A stretch of DNA of 64,000 bases from Octopus vulgaris. Its lineage: Eukaryota. The stretch covers positions 61,504,001 to 61,568,000 of the forward strand of contig OX597814.1 of assembly GCA_951406725.2 (NCBI GenBank), given 5' to 3'. Of the stretch, positions 27,169-41,229 are shown one piece after another (the stretch's first letter is position 1; the number at the start of each line of letters is the position of its first letter). Under the pieces are notes generated by a model. It had not been told where the DNA came from. It saw only the letters and a list, made by a program, of their open reading frames with translations, and made no database searches. Both the position numbers and the translations under genes were made by a program.

Positions 27169-28103
27169 GTATTTATCTTCATTTCTGTACCAGCAAACAT
27201 GCTTTTTTTTTACTCATGTTTTCTCTTGATCTGTCTTTGGATGCCATGTCTTAATCTTATCCAATTGGTTATTTCTGTTGCACATCCTATGTGAAGTGGC
27301 CAAACCTCGTCCATGCTTGATAGCCTTCTGAATTAAGGGAATCTTGTAGAATATTTTACACTGAAATTATTGGTGATATAAATAATGTGAAAGTACTTGT
27401 GCTTATGGATTCAACCATATGACCATAGTCTTTCAAACTGGTTTTCAAAAGTCATGTAAATTGATAGTTTCTTGACCTTGTTTTTTGATTGTTCAGTGTT
27501 ATTATTTTTGTGTGTTTGTCTTGTAAATTTCAGTCAGAAAGAAAGAATAAATATGATCTTGAAAATGTTAGCATTGTTTTAAAAACAAATTTATCAATTC
27601 TTATTTTGTCTTCTGGTATTTTGAAAAGTTGGAAAATGATTTAAGCTTGTAATTATCAAGCCCTTGTTTTCAGTGGGTAAAATATTCTTTAGCTTTACTG
27701 CTGCTAAGAAGGCAATTTGGAACTGGGCAACTATTTGTCTTACTCAAATGAGAAAAATGTTATGAAGCAGCCTAGTTTTGTCGAAATATTAATGTTTAAA
27801 TTTGTTTATATCATTTTGATTGAAATGGCAACTTGAAATATACAGGCATATGAAAGCAAATTTTCCAACAATATCCTTTCAATATAGATTTCTTTAAATG
27901 GTACCAGACTACACATTTTTAGTGGTAAGGGATGTAGTATATTGACTTGGTCCTTACATATGCTTAGTATTTCTGTTATTGACCTTTGAGGAATGAGGCA
28001 CATGAATGTCCTAGTGTGATTTAAACTCAGAATATAGGAAAACAAAGCAAAAATTCTGAATGATGTTGTTTCTGTATGGTTCTATTTCTTCCACTCATCT
28101 CTA

Positions 28104-28144
<41 letters not shown>

Positions 28145-30404
28145 CTGTGAGGGATTAGAACTGTTTTGTTCTGCTTTGAAAAAGCAAAACACAGTGAAAG
28201 TTTGCTATCAAATTATTTTTATTTCAAAAACTATTTTTCTGTTGCTGAACAAAACTATTCTTTTTGAAGCAGTTTATGCAAATCAAAGTGACCAAAACTA
28301 CATTTAGTAAATGTCTTTTGTGTTATGTCTTAGAATTCTTTGTCACGGGTTGGCTTCATGAATGAAAAATTCATAAAGACTGCTACCCAGTTTGACTGCA
28401 GGCTTGCTGGTGGTTGACAAAACTTAGACAGGCCCTGCTGCAGTGGTGCAAAGGAAATTCTATTCTGGGTCCAATAATGCTATGTCCAATCTCCATTATT
28501 CTCATGTGTTCTCAAAAGAGGAGACTGACTGGTGAATAGTGTGTTGCAAGGTTTCATAATTGGAGGCTGTATAGTACACCACTGTCAATGATCAATGAGA
28601 CAGACACCAAAATCTTCTGGGAGTCCTTGTACTGTTTCTTTGGTGTTCACAATGTCCAGTGGAGAGCATGGCCTTGGTACAGGTGATTTCTGCCTGTTTG
28701 AAGACAGTGGACATTGAGGATGATACAGAAGCATTGTTGGTGGAAGAACTCAAGGAGTTGCAGGGGATATTGTAATATACATTTAGAAACCTGTTGATAT
28801 AATCAAAGTTGAATCATTTTTTTCATTTCTGTTGTGGAAATATGTTTATATGGTGTTTTCTGTTGATCTGTTTAAAACACTTGAAAAAACAATCAAGGCT
28901 TTCAATAATGTTATTGTAAACTGACTCAACAACTAATATTCACATGTCATTTAGTGTAGGGATTCTGTTTATTTATTAGTCCTTTTGTTGATTTGAACCA
29001 GACTGGTTTTAGTCATATTGAAAACTGCCATAATTCTAAATAACCTTATTAGTTATAAGATAAAAAGATCTGTGGGAATAACAGAAAGAATGCTATTTTA
29101 TTTTACAATGTTTACATATTTTACAATATGTTTAATGTTTTAGAATGTTTACTATTTTATTTTACAATAACATGTTCACTCAGAATCACTGAAATAAATT
29201 CAACTTCAGATATTTTTAACTGGAATTCATTCCTTATTTTTTTGTTGAACAAAATTCTCCTTTCTAAACTTGCATTTTCTATTATTTTTCTCTAAATTAT
29301 TTCTTATAAAACAGAAATGCAAAATTTTATTTCAGTGTTTTAGGAACATTTTTGAATCCTATAGAAATTTAGAGAATCATGATTAATATACATTTCAAAT
29401 GGTTAGTTTTCCATTCAATTTTCTGGCCCCGGAATATAAAATTACTACATCAACTGTTGATTTTAGTTTGAGAATATAATCAATTTTGGCATAATGTTTT
29501 TGTAATAGCACATGGATATCAAACATTCCTGAAACCAATACAATTTGGATAGTTGGTTATATAACACATGGATTGAGGTAGAATGTTTTAAAATATAAAT
29601 TAATAAATAATATTGTTTTGCTTGACTGAGAGTAAAATAATATAAACAAGAAGTGGGTTTTAAATGTCAGCTAGATTTCTACCCTTAATGGCAAGTATAT
29701 TTTTTACACACTCACACAAAACAAAGAAAGAAAAAGACCTAAACTACTACAAGAGTATTTACTGAAAGAAGTTTTTGTTTGTCAAATGTTGTCCTGAAAC
29801 TTGTCTTATCTTCTTTTAGTTCTTCATTTTTTTTTATCATGTGGCTATGATGTGACATTTTGTGACAGAATCCTTTAGAACAGTTGTTTCAGTGATGTCT
29901 TAGTTATAGATTTTCTTAAAAATTTTATGAAACTCATTTATTTTTATGTAACTCATTATATTTTGTGTGTGTGTATGTGTGTGTGTGTGTGCATTCATGT
30001 GCGTGTGTGTGTAAGTGAGAGAGAGAAAGAGAATATGTGTACATGACTGAGATAGTGAAAGGTATAATCATTTTTAAAAAATATATTTTGCAGTTGCAAG
30101 AATTCATTTTTTTAAGCTATTCTTTTCAACAGAGTTGGAAATCTTGCATGTAATGAATCTATAAAAGTACCTTTATCTCCAGTTTGTTTCTAAATTCTGT
30201 TTGCTATTAATTTTTCTCTTTCTTTCAATGTATTATGTCTTTTGATTGCAGACTTAGTTTCTTATAATAGAAGCAGCATCCAGATAAAATTACAAAATGG
30301 AATTCTGATAGTTATGTTACCATTTTTGTCTGCAGTGGCTCATATAATTACATAAAATTCATTATATTGTGTTAATATTATTTTCTTTTGGGATTTTCTT
30401 ACAG

Positions 30405-30538
30405 TAAAATTTTGAATGAATTATCGTCCGAGTGTCCACCTATCAAAATTGAGGAACCTACAAATCAAGACGGTCAAGAGACCACTGAAGCAGCTTCAAA
30501 CCTCAGTACAAATTCCATACAGTACCAGCCTGCAACAG
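30405..30538 (+). CDS. CREB1: CREB coding exon, KID C-terminal half and linker
   Basis: Acceptor ttttcttacag, donor ag|gtgagt. Translates as (R)KILNELSSECPPIKIEEPTNQDGQETTEAASNLSTNSIQYQPAT. Phase 2 to 1, continuing the previous exon exactly. Confidence 0.96.
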
Positions 30539-33500
30539 GTGAGTTCATTCAAACTTTTGAAACTAATTTACTTTGACCTTTTACCATAAAGACTTTCATA
30601 AAAGGTTAGTAATTTCATCCAGTGTTCTTACTGTGAGAAGAAATATTCTGTTTTATTTATTTACATCTATATTTAGATGAGTTTCTTCTTTCAATTTTCA
30701 AGATCTCTGATTCCTTTTTATATTCAAATATAAATTTGAATGATATTGCAGAGTAAAATCCATTGAAAAAACGAATTATGCCACTTCATGGCAAGTGATT
30801 TCATTTCTAGTGTAGCATCAGAGAAAATGATTTTTTAAAAATTAAACAATCTTTGGAAATTCATTAAATACACAATTTATCAAAGGCTAGTCTTTAAACG
30901 TTTCTAATTATTTAGCTTTATAAATTTTTTTGATACATGAGAAGAGCTGGACTCATTGTATCAAAGAGTGACCTGTCTGAAGTTTAGGCTTATATAAGTT
31001 TATACCTTCCTCTATCTTATTTGGGATTGTCGTAATATAGTAGAGGGTGGCAGTTTTGCAAACAAATATTGACTATGTTCATTTGTATAAACAATAAGAA
31101 GAGAGATATAACAGTGATATTAATAAATGGATTGCAATAATATGGACAGAAGTCTCTATTTTTGTAAAAGAAGTCTCTATTTTTGTAAAAGATCAAGAGC
31201 TGAAAACATACAGTTTGTTTTCAAAACAAAATGTACATGGTGAAAATAATGTTAGCTTGTGGGGAACCGTTCCATTTTCTGAAGTCATCATTGTTGACTT
31301 AAGTACACACAACTGATTCTTGCCATCCTCTTAGATTGAACCACTTGTGCAGAGACTGAACAGTTTGCATATTTTATATTTACTTGTCCATATCCCTGAC
31401 CAATATGCTGTCTGTCAAAACACACTTGACCTCTCTCCTCTTCAAACCCAGCCATCATTGTTTCTGTTGTTAATTAGGTGACCTGATCACTACCCTCTCA
31501 AGGCTTCAGACCTCACATCTGCTTTCCTCTAAAGTTTTTGTTATTTCAGCTCAGTTAATCAACAGAGCTCTATTAGTTATTTCACCTCTGCCTCATGTTA
31601 GATAAGTAAATAGTCAAAACAGTTGATCCTTCATTATCTCCCATTGCTAATTGTGTGGCATTTATCCACCATATCAACACATGGAACACAATCATGAAGA
31701 AAACAAAGGATTCCTCTGTGTATTACAAGGTCTGCAATATGTTTTGACTCATAAATTTCAGTTGGGCCTTTTAGTCCTTTGCCAAATGAGTCTCTAGGTT
31801 GCTACACTTCAACCAAAATGGTGCTGTAAGTAGTACACCATCTAAGAAAGTTATTCTATTTGCTCTCCATTTTATCACACATACTCACAAAACTTTTCTC
31901 CACAACACCATGCTCGCCACCATCTTTAGCCAGTTACTTAATACATGTGATTCACTAATTACCCAACTGTACAAGTTGATCACTCCTAATAGTTCACTCT
32001 GTTTCTCTAAAACAATGTTGCTCTAGTAATAACTCTTATTCCCATCAAATATTTCATCCCTTCTCTTTGTAGAGAAATCTATCACAACATATGGAAACAC
32101 AACAGAATGCCTCCACAAAGCCTTCTAACCTATCAAGTTAAAAGTGCATAAAAAATCATCTCCTTTATTACTTAAACTCTCTCTCCTTGCCTGGTGGTCA
32201 CTTGTATGGCATGGTTTCCTTAGAGATAGATCTATCAGAAACTTCCTTTCCTATGTCACTTGAGAACTTTGATGAAAGCAATAGGTGTTATCTTTGACAA
32301 TTACAAAATCTTTGCCTATGTTTGCATAGGAATCCTAAGTTGCTTACCTATAAGTTGCAAACATCAATTATCTCTTGGATCAGAATTTTACTGTTAGAAT
32401 ACTCTGTCACACTGGAATATGCCATGGTTTGATTATGTTTCCTGCACTCAGTTGTCTACAAGGTTACAGAGTTCACTTTGGAACCATGTGGTTCCAGGTT
32501 CTGTTCTGTTGTGTGGTCTGTTTTGTAAGTTCTTTGGGATGTGCAATGCCTTGTGGATAAAATTTGATAGAAGAAAACTGTATGGAAGCCTGTCACATAA
32601 TATGAGTGTGCATATGTGAATGATTGTTTTTGTGTGTCTTCATATTAATACCATTTGAGTGATGGTGTATTTGTTTCCATCTCTAGTAAACAGTATCTCC
32701 TGTATCTTGGTGGTGGCTTCATTGATTTTGAATGAAGATCTGTAGAATAAGAAAATACCTTCCTCAAAAACAAGTAAAGGATACTTCTTCAATAAGTGTC
32801 AGTCAGCCCATGCCAACATGGAAAAAGTAGATGTAAAAACGATGGTGATGACAATGATGACTTTTCTATTGTACATCACTTGCCTTACTATTGCTGATGA
32901 TAAAACTTCCATTCCCCTTTTTATTTTTCTGATTCCAAGCATCACCCACATCTAACATAGATACTCCATGCCAGACTTGAACTGTTTCTGGTGACCTCAA
33001 AATAAAAAAAAAAAAAAACTCCTTCAATAGGTGCAACACCCAGTCACCATGAAGATTGTACATACATAATGCCAAAGAGTACCCTAAAAACTAAACTACT
33101 TCTCTTTGGCCAGTAGATAACTTCAGTTGTCACCAGTTGCCTATCCCAACTAATTCTGATCCTCTGATCTAACTAGTAGCATACTACATGTACCTTTTCC
33201 CCACTTGGTGCATTTGTATCTCATCTCGTTTTTTCATCCCCAACACCACATTGCTCAATCACTTCTCCCAAAACTGCATCCCTCTTCAATTTTTCTTTGC
33301 CATGTTGGTGTTGTTTTACTTCAGGTCAGCCCTGACTAAGCAAAGCTATTTCAGCTATGGCCATCCTGTTTTGTATTTCCATTTGGACAATGTCCAGTTT
33401 GTCCTTTCTGTTTTTGAGATAGTAAGGCAAAGTTTAAGGGAGATTTGGTTGTTATTTCTAGCAGGTTGAATGACTGCATAGAGACTCCCTTGTTGGCTAT

Positions 33501-33954
33501 TTGCTTGTGTTTCCTATATTGAGCATCAACTACATTCATCTCACCTAGCTTTGATGACACAAAGTTTATAGACACTGCTCCTCCTCCTCTTAATAAAAAA
33601 AAAAAGAGAAAAAAAAAAGCAAAACAAACAAAAAGCAAATGTTTGAATGGGCTCTGTTTTGAAATACTTACTTGGTAAAGCTGATTTTGCTATCATGAGA
33701 AAGCTAACATCTGAATAATTTTTATTTCTTAATGGATATTTGAATTTTAAGGATAAGTTCTTTGGATATGATATGTGTTGTGAATTTTTAAATCTGATTT
33801 AGTGATTATATTCATTTAAGTGAGGGATAGCATCATGTTCTCTCTCAACATATAATAGTTTACTTCTTGACTCTGTGAACCCCACTTCTCTTTCTCTCTC
33901 TCATACACACACACACTTACATATATATATATACGTAATATATATATATATGTG

Positions 33955-34315
33955 CAGGTGGCACGTAAAAAACACCCACTACACTCGCGGAGTGGTTGGC
34001 GTTAGGAAGGGCATCCAGCCGTAGAAACACTGCCAGATCTGACTGGGCCTGACGAAGCCTTCCAGCTTCACAGACCCCAGTTGACCCGCCCAACCCATGC
34101 TAGCATGGAAAACGGACGCTAAACGATGATGATGATGATGATGATATGTATGTAGAAACCATGCCAAATCAGACTGGAACCTGGTGCAGTCTCCAGATTA
34201 CCAGCTCCAGTTAAACTGTACAACCCATGCTAGTATGGAAAGCAGATATTTAATGATGATGACTATTTATGTATATATTTACGTACATCATCATCATCAT
34301 CATCATCATCGTTTA

Positions 34316-34349
<34 letters not shown>

Positions 34350-34830
34350 TACGTAAATATATACATAAATAGTCATCATCATTATCATCATTATTTAATA
34401 TCTGCTTTCCATACTAGCATGGGTTGTACAGTTTAACTGGAGCTGGTAATCTGGAGACTGCACCAGGTTCCAGTCTGATTTGGCATGGTTTCTACGGTTA
34501 GATGCTCTTCTTAACACCAACTGCTCCAAGAGTATAATGGATGCTTTTTATGTGCCACTGGCATAAGTGCCAGTTATGTGGCACTAGCATCAGCCATGAC
34601 TATGATTTAACTTGGCTTGGCAAGTCTTCTCAATATGAAGCATAGCATATCACCAAAGGTCTCAGTCACTTGTTATTGCCTCCATGAGGCCTAATGTTCA
34701 AAGATCGTGCTTCACCACCTCATCCCATGCTTTCCTGGGTCTACCCCTTCCACAAGTTCCCTCCACAGTTAGAGATTGGCACTTCTTTACCCAGCTGTCC
34801 TCATCCATACATACCACATGACCATACCAG
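33955..34830. repeat. cluster of RTE 3'-end copies including a fold-back inverted duplication (34152-34495)
   Basis: Same ggcgttaggaagggcatccagc..catgctagcatggaaa..(gat)n tail as at 5305-5500, with an RTE C-terminal relic at about 34660-34830. Confidence 0.8.
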
Positions 34831-35528
34831 TGCAGTCATGGTGATAATTTTATATTTGGGTTTACAGCTTGTAGTAATGCTGTTTAAAGCCCATCCACAA
34901 TATTCGGCTATCTGATGTCAACAACATTATTGAGATATATGCCACTGAATTTACTTCTGGAATACCTTTGTGTCTGTAGAGTTTATAAAATATGAGAGAA
35001 AGAAAATAGAATTTACAAGACTCTTTATTCAGAACCACTATGATCATTTTGTACTAGTGAGATGCTGTACAAACAGTTGTCATGCATCATGGGTGAGGAT
35101 GCGTCTCTTCAAGTGACTTTTCAAAAAGTACTGAATTTTTTACTTGTTGTTTACCATATTTCTATAACAATACATTTTGCTTAGTGTAGCTTACAACCCA
35201 TCTCCATAAATGAAAGAATTCTCATATAAGCAATAAGAGAAAGTATACCAGGATAAAAGAATAAGGAATCAAAAAATAAAATAAATAAATCAAATAAAAT
35301 GTAATACACTGATAAAAAGATACTGTTAAATAAAAACAAAATATACATGTGGCAATCAGAATAGAATAAACAATACAATCAGACATTTATATTGACCTTT
35401 ACATTTCATCAAAACAAATAATTTAATATGTCCATGAGCTGAGACTCCCTTCAGTCATGACTGACCATGGGATTGCACCTAGAAAGTTACCCTCCCAGGC
35501 ACAAGTCTGGACAAATATATCCATATAT

Positions 35529-35584
<56 letters not shown>

Positions 35585-37454
35585 AGGCGCGGGCATGGCT
35601 GTGTGGTTAGGGAGCTTGCTTCCTAGCTATGTGGTTTCGGGTTCAGTCCAACTGCGTGGCACTTTGGGTAGGTGTCTTCCACTATAGCCCCGAGCCGACC
35701 GGAGCTTTGTGATTGAATTCGGTAGGTGGAAGTTACTGCCGTGTGTGTATGTGTGCATATAGCTGCTCAGAGCCTCTCCGAAAGAGAGAGAGTGGGGATA
35801 TATATATATATGCACTTACATACATACACACATATATCCATTTCTCTATATATTATATAGTTATATACGCTCGTGCACATACAAATACACACGCATGTAT
35901 ATACACTCACATGTATATCTATTCACATATGATGGCTCACCTGCTAGAAACAGCAGTCAAATTTCCTCTCAAAATCATATCCCCACCATATTAAGAAAAG
36001 ACACATATGGTCCTGGATTTCCTGCATAATGCAAAAATGGGACAGTCATAGATGGAATATCTTTGATCATAGGTCTGCTTGATGAGGGATGGCTTAAAGT
36101 TGAAGAAGAACAAATTTGTATTATAGGTCATAACACCTTAAGAGGTAAAGAAAATTGTATTTACCACACTATATCCCAGTTGTTCTTCACTTTCTCTCTT
36201 TGGTTTTATGGTGTGTTGTTTCTTTTTACTGAAATGTTACCACCAAAAAGTATATGAAGTGTTGTTTGTACAATAATAAATACTTCTTTCTTCAAGCTTA
36301 ATGATTTGAGGCTTAGTCATAAGTGATCTCAGAAATTATTTATGTCCATCTTTGTATAGTGTGTGTATGTCTGTATTAACTGAAATTAAAACGTACGTGA
36401 CAGTGAAATAATGAAATAATTGCTGTGCTCTAATCACATTGTAATAGGGTTTACTCATCTTTATAAAACCATAAAATAAAATATTGATTCATACAGTTGG
36501 TTTTGTTAAACCCCCGTTCAAACTTATAGTGAAGAGTGTTCTAGTTTTTCTGTCTTTTATTTTCAGACAGTATATCTTGGACAACTGTATTCTACTCACT
36601 TTTTTAAAGAAATTAAGAAATTAAGGTGACTTGATGTCTTAAATTACTTTAAATAATGTGAGAGTGTTTTAGTAGGTTAAATGATAGAAAACATTTTTTT
36701 TTTTTGCAGTATTAATGTCTAAAGGTTATTTTTATAAATGGCTATAAATACCATTGACCTTTGCTAATAGACACTATAAATTATATTTCACAATATTTCA
36801 AAAATAACATAGTAAGACCTAAGCAGTTCTCTTGATGTAAAGAAATGGACCTGTCATCTTTATGATGTTCATGGGATTCTGACTATAATCATGATATAAA
36901 TTCTGGTCTGTTCTCTAAGTGTACATTTTCCAGCACATGTAAAGGATGAAAGTTATTTTCTAGTTGAGAATTTGTACATTTATAAATCATATGGCAAACA
37001 ATTCCAGAAATAATAAACTGGTATTTGTGCATATGTATTCATTATTCCTTTTATTATGGTATTTTATAACCAAATATTGCTTGAGCTGTAGAGTTGGTAC
37101 AAAAAATCTTCGGTTCTGATTCTTCAATTTATGGTGTCACTGACACCTGACTCCTACTCTCTATTTGTAGTTAGACTAATCATATAGTTCTTATATTGAT
37201 TAAAAGTATACAACATATATTGCCAATGTAAATTATGAGACTACTTTTTAGCACCTGAACTTGTTAAACTTTGGATTTGAAGGCTAAATCTATGCTGTTG
37301 TGACTTATATTATTTGTTAAAGAAGTTAAAGTGGTGAACTGTCAGAATTGTTAGCATGCTGAGAAAAATGCTTAGTAGTATGAAATTCTGTCTTTACATT
37401 CTGGGTTCAAATCCTCCTGAAGTTGACTTTGCCTTTCAAACTTTTTAACATTTA

Positions 37455-37734
37455 ATCTGGCCATATCCAGATAAATTATTCTACCTGTGTTGTTGTCTTT
37501 ATTAAACCCATAAAGCAAAATATGCCGAATATGCTCCTTTGTCACTTCCATTATAGCTTTCAAAAAATAACTGTTAAAATTGAACTGCACTCTTCAAAAC
37601 TTGCACTAAGAATAAAGTCAAGATAAAATTCCTACCTGCTTTTATAGCAAGTTGATGCAGGTAGTTTAACCCATCTCCCTTTGACTTTTAGTTCATGCAA
37701 TTGAAAAAAACGCATTATTTATGGGATGAACCAA
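37455..37734 (-). mobile_element. mariner 5' end fragment
   Basis: MEVTKEHIRHILLYGFNKDNN is a Mos1-type HTH start. TIR-like ta|ttggttcatcccataaataatgcg at 37734. Confidence 0.7.
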
Positions 37735-38059
37735 TAGTTACTGCTTTCATCTCTTACAGAGATTTTCTAACTAGCTACTTTGCTTGTTGATATAAAAGTA
37801 ATAAACTATAAAAATACTATGCAAGATAAACAGGAACTTCTTTGTTTATAAATTCAAAATTCTAGAGCTCATTGAAATGAAAACTAAAAGATTGAAAACC
37901 TGAAGCTATTTAACAGATGACATTTTAGAAGAAAACTCAAGTAGATACTATGCTATCTTTGTCACTTGACTTGTGGTTGTTGAGGCACTCATTGATGATA
38001 TCACAACCAGATTTTGCCACATTTTTTTGGATTCTTTTGCTCTGAAATGGCAAAATTCA

Positions 38060-38420
38060 GGCCTGTCCACTTTTTGATGTTATGAGCCTGTCTTTTCCTT
38101 GGTCTGCCCTACATTCATTCACCTTCCAATGCACCTTTCAGGATTGTCTGTGCTGGACCAGGGTTTCTTGTGACATGGTCATAACATTTCGGTTTCCTTG
38201 ACTTTACAATTGTCAGCAGGCCCTTGTGTAGTCCAGTAGCCCAGGTTATTCTCATCTCACTTCATTATTTGTCATGTGTTCTTTTATGAGATAACCTAGA
38301 CACCATTTGTAGCTACTCATTTCCATTGTGCTTACCTTTTTTCTCACTTCTGCTGTTAATGTCCAAGCCTTACAGGCATATAGAAAGATGGAAATCACAA
38401 ATGATTGCATCAGTCTGACT
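38060..38420 (-). mobile_element. degenerate RTE/BovB-like LINE 3' fragment
   Basis: Minus strand reads TILKGALEG..GRPRK..NIKKWTG. Confidence 0.55.
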
Positions 38421-40873
38421 ATCAATTAGATACATAGATATATGACCCTTACTTTTGAGATTAGTAAATTTAACATGAAAGCTTACACTAAAGTAAATGA
38501 AAAATAATATTGTGAAGGAAACGCCAAAACCTAATAATTACTTCTGATTCTGACTCCCTGACTTTTCAGATCTGAATATTGCAATACAATTGCAATTGTA
38601 TCAGATGTAAGAATTGTTTCAAATTAAAAAATTTTTTAGCTTTTGACTGTTTGAAAATGTAATCTTATTTGAATGTTTCTAATATTTAGAGTTGATAAGG
38701 GCAGTGAGCTGGCAGAATCAGTGGCATGTCAAGCAAAATGCTTAACAGTATTTCATCTGTCTTTATGCTCTGAGTTCAAATTCTGCCAAGGTCTACTTTG
38801 CCTTTCATTATTTCAGGGTCGATAAAATAAGTACCAGTTGAGCCCTGGTGTTGATATAATCAACATACCCTCTCCCCAAGATTTGCTGACTCTGTGTCAA
38901 AATTTGAAACCAGTATTTAGGATTGATAAATTTGCTTTCTGCTTTTGATATCCTGATTTCTATTTTCCATAAATCTGTAGTTTCTTTTGAGTGTATGTAT
39001 GTGTGTCAGAGTATGAATGTGAGTGAGTGTATGTGTACTTTATATACAATGAGAAAGAGATGAAGGAAATAAGTATATTCAGTACTATCCCACCCCACCC
39101 ATCCTATGAAAGAGAGAAAGAAAAAGAGAATTGTGGTCTGGACATTCTATATTATTCTGTGTGTGCATGAAAATGTGCTAAGAGAAGTAACTTAGGTTGA
39201 TTAGTGGCATGTATCTGAACACTGTAGATAATAAAGGTGTATTAAGTAACATGAGATAAATTCTTGCTTTATTGATATTATTTCAACTTGAAGAGAGGGT
39301 AGCATAATCACTTGGTGGACTTCAAATAAGAAGTGGCAGGTACTCCCAAAAATCACAGATTCTTCATAATAGACATACCATTAAGGAAATAACAGTGTGA
39401 CTTCTGGAAGCCAAAAGGATAAACATGGACATGTTTCTGCTTCAATCAGTGTTAACATCACAATTGTCCTATCTATCTTCAGCAGACAATACACATAGAC
39501 GTTTTAAAAAAAAGAGTATATAGCATTGGTAATTTGCACAAAGGAAACAAAAAAGGTGGCATGTGTGTGGTGTATTTGAATCACTAAGATGAATATATAT
39601 ATATATATATGCATACATAAATACATATGTATATATATATGTATGTGTGTGTATATATATACATATATGTATTGGTAACTTGCCGAATCACTTAAGAAGC
39701 ATCCAGCTATAAAAATTATGCCAAAACTGATCGTGCCTTTGCTCATGCCACATAAAAAGTGATCAGTCCAATCTGCGGGGTGGTCGGTTAGGAATGGCAT
39801 CTCACCATATGGTACAGTCTTCTGCTTGGCCAGCTCCTGTCAAACCGTGCCAGCATGGAAGGAGGACGTTAAACAATGATGACAATTATATATATATATA
39901 ATCAATTTAGCATTCACTTTTCCATGCTTAGGTGGGTCAGATGGAGTTTATTGAGGCAGATTTTGTATGGTCGGATGACCATCATAATGTCAAAACAAGG
40001 AGACACATACACACACGACGGGCTTCTTTCAGTCTCCATCTACCAAATCCACTCACAAGGCTTTGCTTGACCTTGGATGATAGTAGAAGATGTTAAAAAC
40101 ATACCATACTGTCTCACACATAACAGAATGAGTTAAAAGACTTCACTCTACTGAGAATTATCCTTGCAATTAAGAGGTAAAAAAAGATAGATGGCGGGGT
40201 GTTTAAAATTTTAAACCAAAGTGCAAGGGAGATAATTACAGATATAGTGATTAATATAAAATTTTGAAATCTAGATAGTGCTTTTTCATAATAAGAATTG
40301 CTACTTTCTCTGTATTTCGGTATTTACTAATCACTTTTAAGTCTTTCCAACTGTGTTGATGAAATTTAACAAGTCATAAAAAAACATGATCAACTTGTAA
40401 ATGCATTTTTTTCATTTCCAAAAGAAATTGGATTTCGATGTTATTAGAGTTATCTCCCTCTTTTATTTCTAAGCTTTTACTGCAGAGATAATTCAAGTTT
40501 TTCACTTTACTATATTACAATCTGTAACACTATTGTAGATGTATCGAATATGCTTGGCTGATAAGATCTGATGCAATAGGAAGACATCCGTTGCTATCAC
40601 TTGTAATACCAAAGTCGTATTCCTAGAATTACATCCCCTGCTCGTTTTCATATTTTCAAATAGCCCCTGAAAGAATTTTTCTTCTAATTAACTGCAAATT
40701 TACTCTCAGCTAACTTACATATTTCAATGCCCTTTAAATGTACATAAGTGAAACTGCTGTATGTAATATATATATATATTTTAATATAGATAATACAGTT
40801 CTATGTTTAAGAGTGAGGAATTATGTACATTATTTACATTTGATGGATATTTGTCCGCAAATTGTTTGTTTTT

Positions 40874-40918
40874 AACACAGCGTTTTGGCTGATATACCCT
40901 CCAGCCTTCATCAGGTGT
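40874..40918 (-). ncRNA. degenerate minimal hammerhead motif in a Penelope-type terminal repeat
   Basis: Minus strand: acac-ctgatga-aggctg..cagcc-aaaa-cgct-gtgt (GAAA changed to AAAA). Confidence 0.6.
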
Positions 40919-41109
40919 CTTGGGGGAAATTGCGAACCTGGGTTCTTATTACTAAGGTATTATTATTCAAGTCACTGCTTGGAATTGAACTCGGAATCTT
41001 GGGTTAACAACTATGCCATATGCCCATAGGCAATTATGGAGTGAATTTTAGGGCTTATGAATCTAATATTTTCCTAATATTTTAATATAGATATATAAAT
41101 ATATAGATA

Positions 41110-41140
<31 letters not shown>

Positions 41141-41229
41141 ATACATTAATACATACGACAGGGTAATACCCATCCTTAAGTCTAAAATTAGATTAGCCCT
41201 CTGGTCTGATGCCCAAGAGGTGGTTGGAT

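Noticed and set aside
28340-28790. Slightly GC-richer stretch, possible exon or LINE relic
   Set aside because: The flanking CREB exons join perfectly without it, and I could not read an open frame or diagnostic motif.
31148-31190. 21-bp tandem duplication (similar 16-bp one near 15335-15365)
   Set aside because: Ordinary slippage duplications with no functional hint.
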